From the NCBI GenBank assembly GCA_013287905.1, contig JABDCW010000003.1:8921-72920 (forward strand): DNA of 64,000 bases. The letters run 5' to 3'. The translations under genes were made by a program, and so were the position numbers. The DNA is from Chlamydiota bacterium. Its GTDB lineage: Bacteria; Chlamydiota; Chlamydiia; Chlamydiales; Parachlamydiaceae. Shown in pieces: positions 62,796 to 64,000 of this stretch (positions within the stretch are counted from its first letter, which is position 1; each line of letters starts with the position of its first letter). The notes below the pieces were generated by a model that saw only the letters and a program-made list of their open reading frames with translations, had not been told where the DNA came from and did no database searches.

Positions 62796-63995
62796 TTATT
62801 TCAAATGTTCATTCAGGAACTCAAGGATCACACTTGCCGCTTTCATTTGATTTTGTTTTTTCAAAAATCCGTGTCCCTCATCTTCAAAAACGAGATACTG
62901 ATTAGGAGTTCCATTTTTGTTTACGGCCTCGATAATTTGATCCGACTCAATTTTTACAACTCTTGGGTCATTAGCTCCCTGAATAACTAAGAGAGGTTTT
63001 TTAATGTTTTCGGCATGAAAGAGAGGTGAAATATTATTCAGGTAATCAACCTCCGTTTCTGGGTTGCCCATTTTTTTATAAATGGCTTCTCTACGCGCTT
63101 CCCACCAAGTGGGAATGCCTTTAAGTGTCCGGATCCAATTCGAAATCCCACAAATATCTACTCCAACTGCCATTTCATCCGGTCTAAAGGTTAGAGCAGC
63201 CAAAGCAATATAACCACCATAGCTTCCTCCGATGATACCGATCTTGTTTTGATCAATATTGCCCGTTCCAACGAGGAAATGCTTAGCCCAAATACAGTCA
63301 TCTAAATCGGCTTCTCCATGTTTGTGATCAGCAGATTTAAAAAATGATTTGCCGTACCCTGAACTCCCTCGATGATTTACGCTTAAGATAGAGTATCCAT
63401 GGTTGACCAGATATTGGATCAGATAGCTATATCCGATCCGTGACTGACCACCGGGCCCCCCGTGCACCAATATAAGAGCCGGCCCCTTCTCCTCTGTTTG
63501 CATGTCTTTAGTTTTGTAATATAATGCAGGGATCAAAGTGCCATCGTAGGACTGATAACGGATGATTTGGGCATCCACAAGATCTTCAGGATCAATTTCA
63601 GGACTTAAGGAGTTGGTCAGTTTATTAACACTTGAGGTTTCAAAATGATAATAATAAAGATTATCAGGAGAACGATATCCATTAACATAAAATAACATTG
63701 ATTTTTCAGATTTAGAAATCCCCACATGGGTGATTTCCCCCTCCGGCATCTTGGGAAGAAACATTTTCTCATTAGTCTCTTGATTGTGAATATAAATAGA
63801 GGTTTTGCCATCTTCATTAACCCCAGTTACGCGATACTTGCCGGTATATGAAAAACTACAAAAAAATATATCCCAAGGGTGCTTTTCTATAATTTCAGTA
63901 ATTTGGGAGTCTATAGCAAAGCGTTTTAGATAAGTGAACTCATTATCCTGATCAGTGAGAAAGTAAAGATAACGGGAGTCTGTACTAAAGTTCAC
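62796..63995 (-). CDS. S9-family serine peptidase (prolyl oligopeptidase / acylaminoacyl-peptidase type), C-terminal part; gene continues past the window end
   Basis: The nucleophile motif is GGSYGGY. HGGPG is present, and DPRV and GHGF carry the Asp and His of the triad. A beta-propeller region lies upstream. The frame is open to the window edge. Confidence 0.85.
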   Translation of the reverse strand: MNFSTDSRYLYFLTDQDNEFTYLKRFAIDSQITEIIEKHPWDIFFCSFSYTGKYRVTGVNEDGKTSIYIHNQETNEKMFLPKMPEGEITHVGISKSEKSMLFYVNGYRSPDNLYYYHFETSSVNKLTNSLSPEIDPEDLVDAQIIRYQSYDGTLIPALYYKTKDMQTEEKGPALILVHGGPGGQSRIGYSYLIQYLVNHGYSILSVNHRGSSGYGKSFFKSADHKHGEADLDDCIWAKHFLVGTGNIDQNKIGIIGGSYGGYIALAALTFRPDEMAVGVDICGISNWIRTLKGIPTWWEARREAIYKKMGNPETEVDYLNNISPLFHAENIKKPLLVIQGANDPRVVKIESDQIIEAVNKNGTPNQYLVFEDEGHGFLKKQNQMKAASVILEFLNEHLK

Positions 63996-64000
63996 AGGTT

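Noticed and set aside
1-64000. tRNA, rRNA, transposase, integrase or prophage genes
   Set aside because: Reading both strands, I found no cloverleaf-like or rRNA-like segments and no DDE, tyrosine-recombinase or serine-recombinase ORFs. The repeat elements are therefore non-autonomous within this window.

Overview
This is a 64-kb chromosomal window from an AT-rich bacterium. The gene content includes a B-type sdhCAB operon, a YtgA-like metal ABC system, a PpiD-like chaperone, TolB, membrane proteins with Inc-like bilobed hydrophobic domains, and many secreted orphan proteins. This resembles an environmental, amoeba-associated member of the Chlamydiae, but that is an inference and cannot be verified here. 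I support about 60 protein-coding genes. I found no rRNA, tRNA, CRISPR array or transposase. Recognisable housekeeping blocks are sdhC/sdhA/sdhB-cinA, bioBFDA, apbC plus DUF971, a metal ABC binding protein and ATPase, beta carbonic anhydrase, tolB-wzm-wzt, a polyprenyl synthase and an S9 peptidase. Four things stand out. (1) A polymorphic-toxin island at 35.2-44.1 kb holds a Sec-signal RHS/YD-repeat toxin with a cognate immunity gene. It also holds one intact and one decayed orphan toxin tip, each followed by an Imm53-like immunity gene, and is flanked by hipBA and rearrangement scars. (2) The bioBFDA operon ends in a translationally coupled ferritin-like di-iron protein and carries no known pimeloyl-synthesis gene. 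(3) Intergenic DNA is saturated with long hairpin repeats from at least nine sequence families. They share one construction rule, nest inside each other, show arm covariation, and in one case sit between 15-bp direct duplications. A separate 165-bp TA-flanked MITE-like element is also present. (4) A mosaic at 2.2-6.6 kb contains relBE-like, csaA-like, two def copies and a DUF2000 fragment, with clear segmental-duplication scars. A circularly permuted, signal-peptide D-amino-acid oxidase lies next to it. All family assignments come from motifs read by eye and none were checked against databases.
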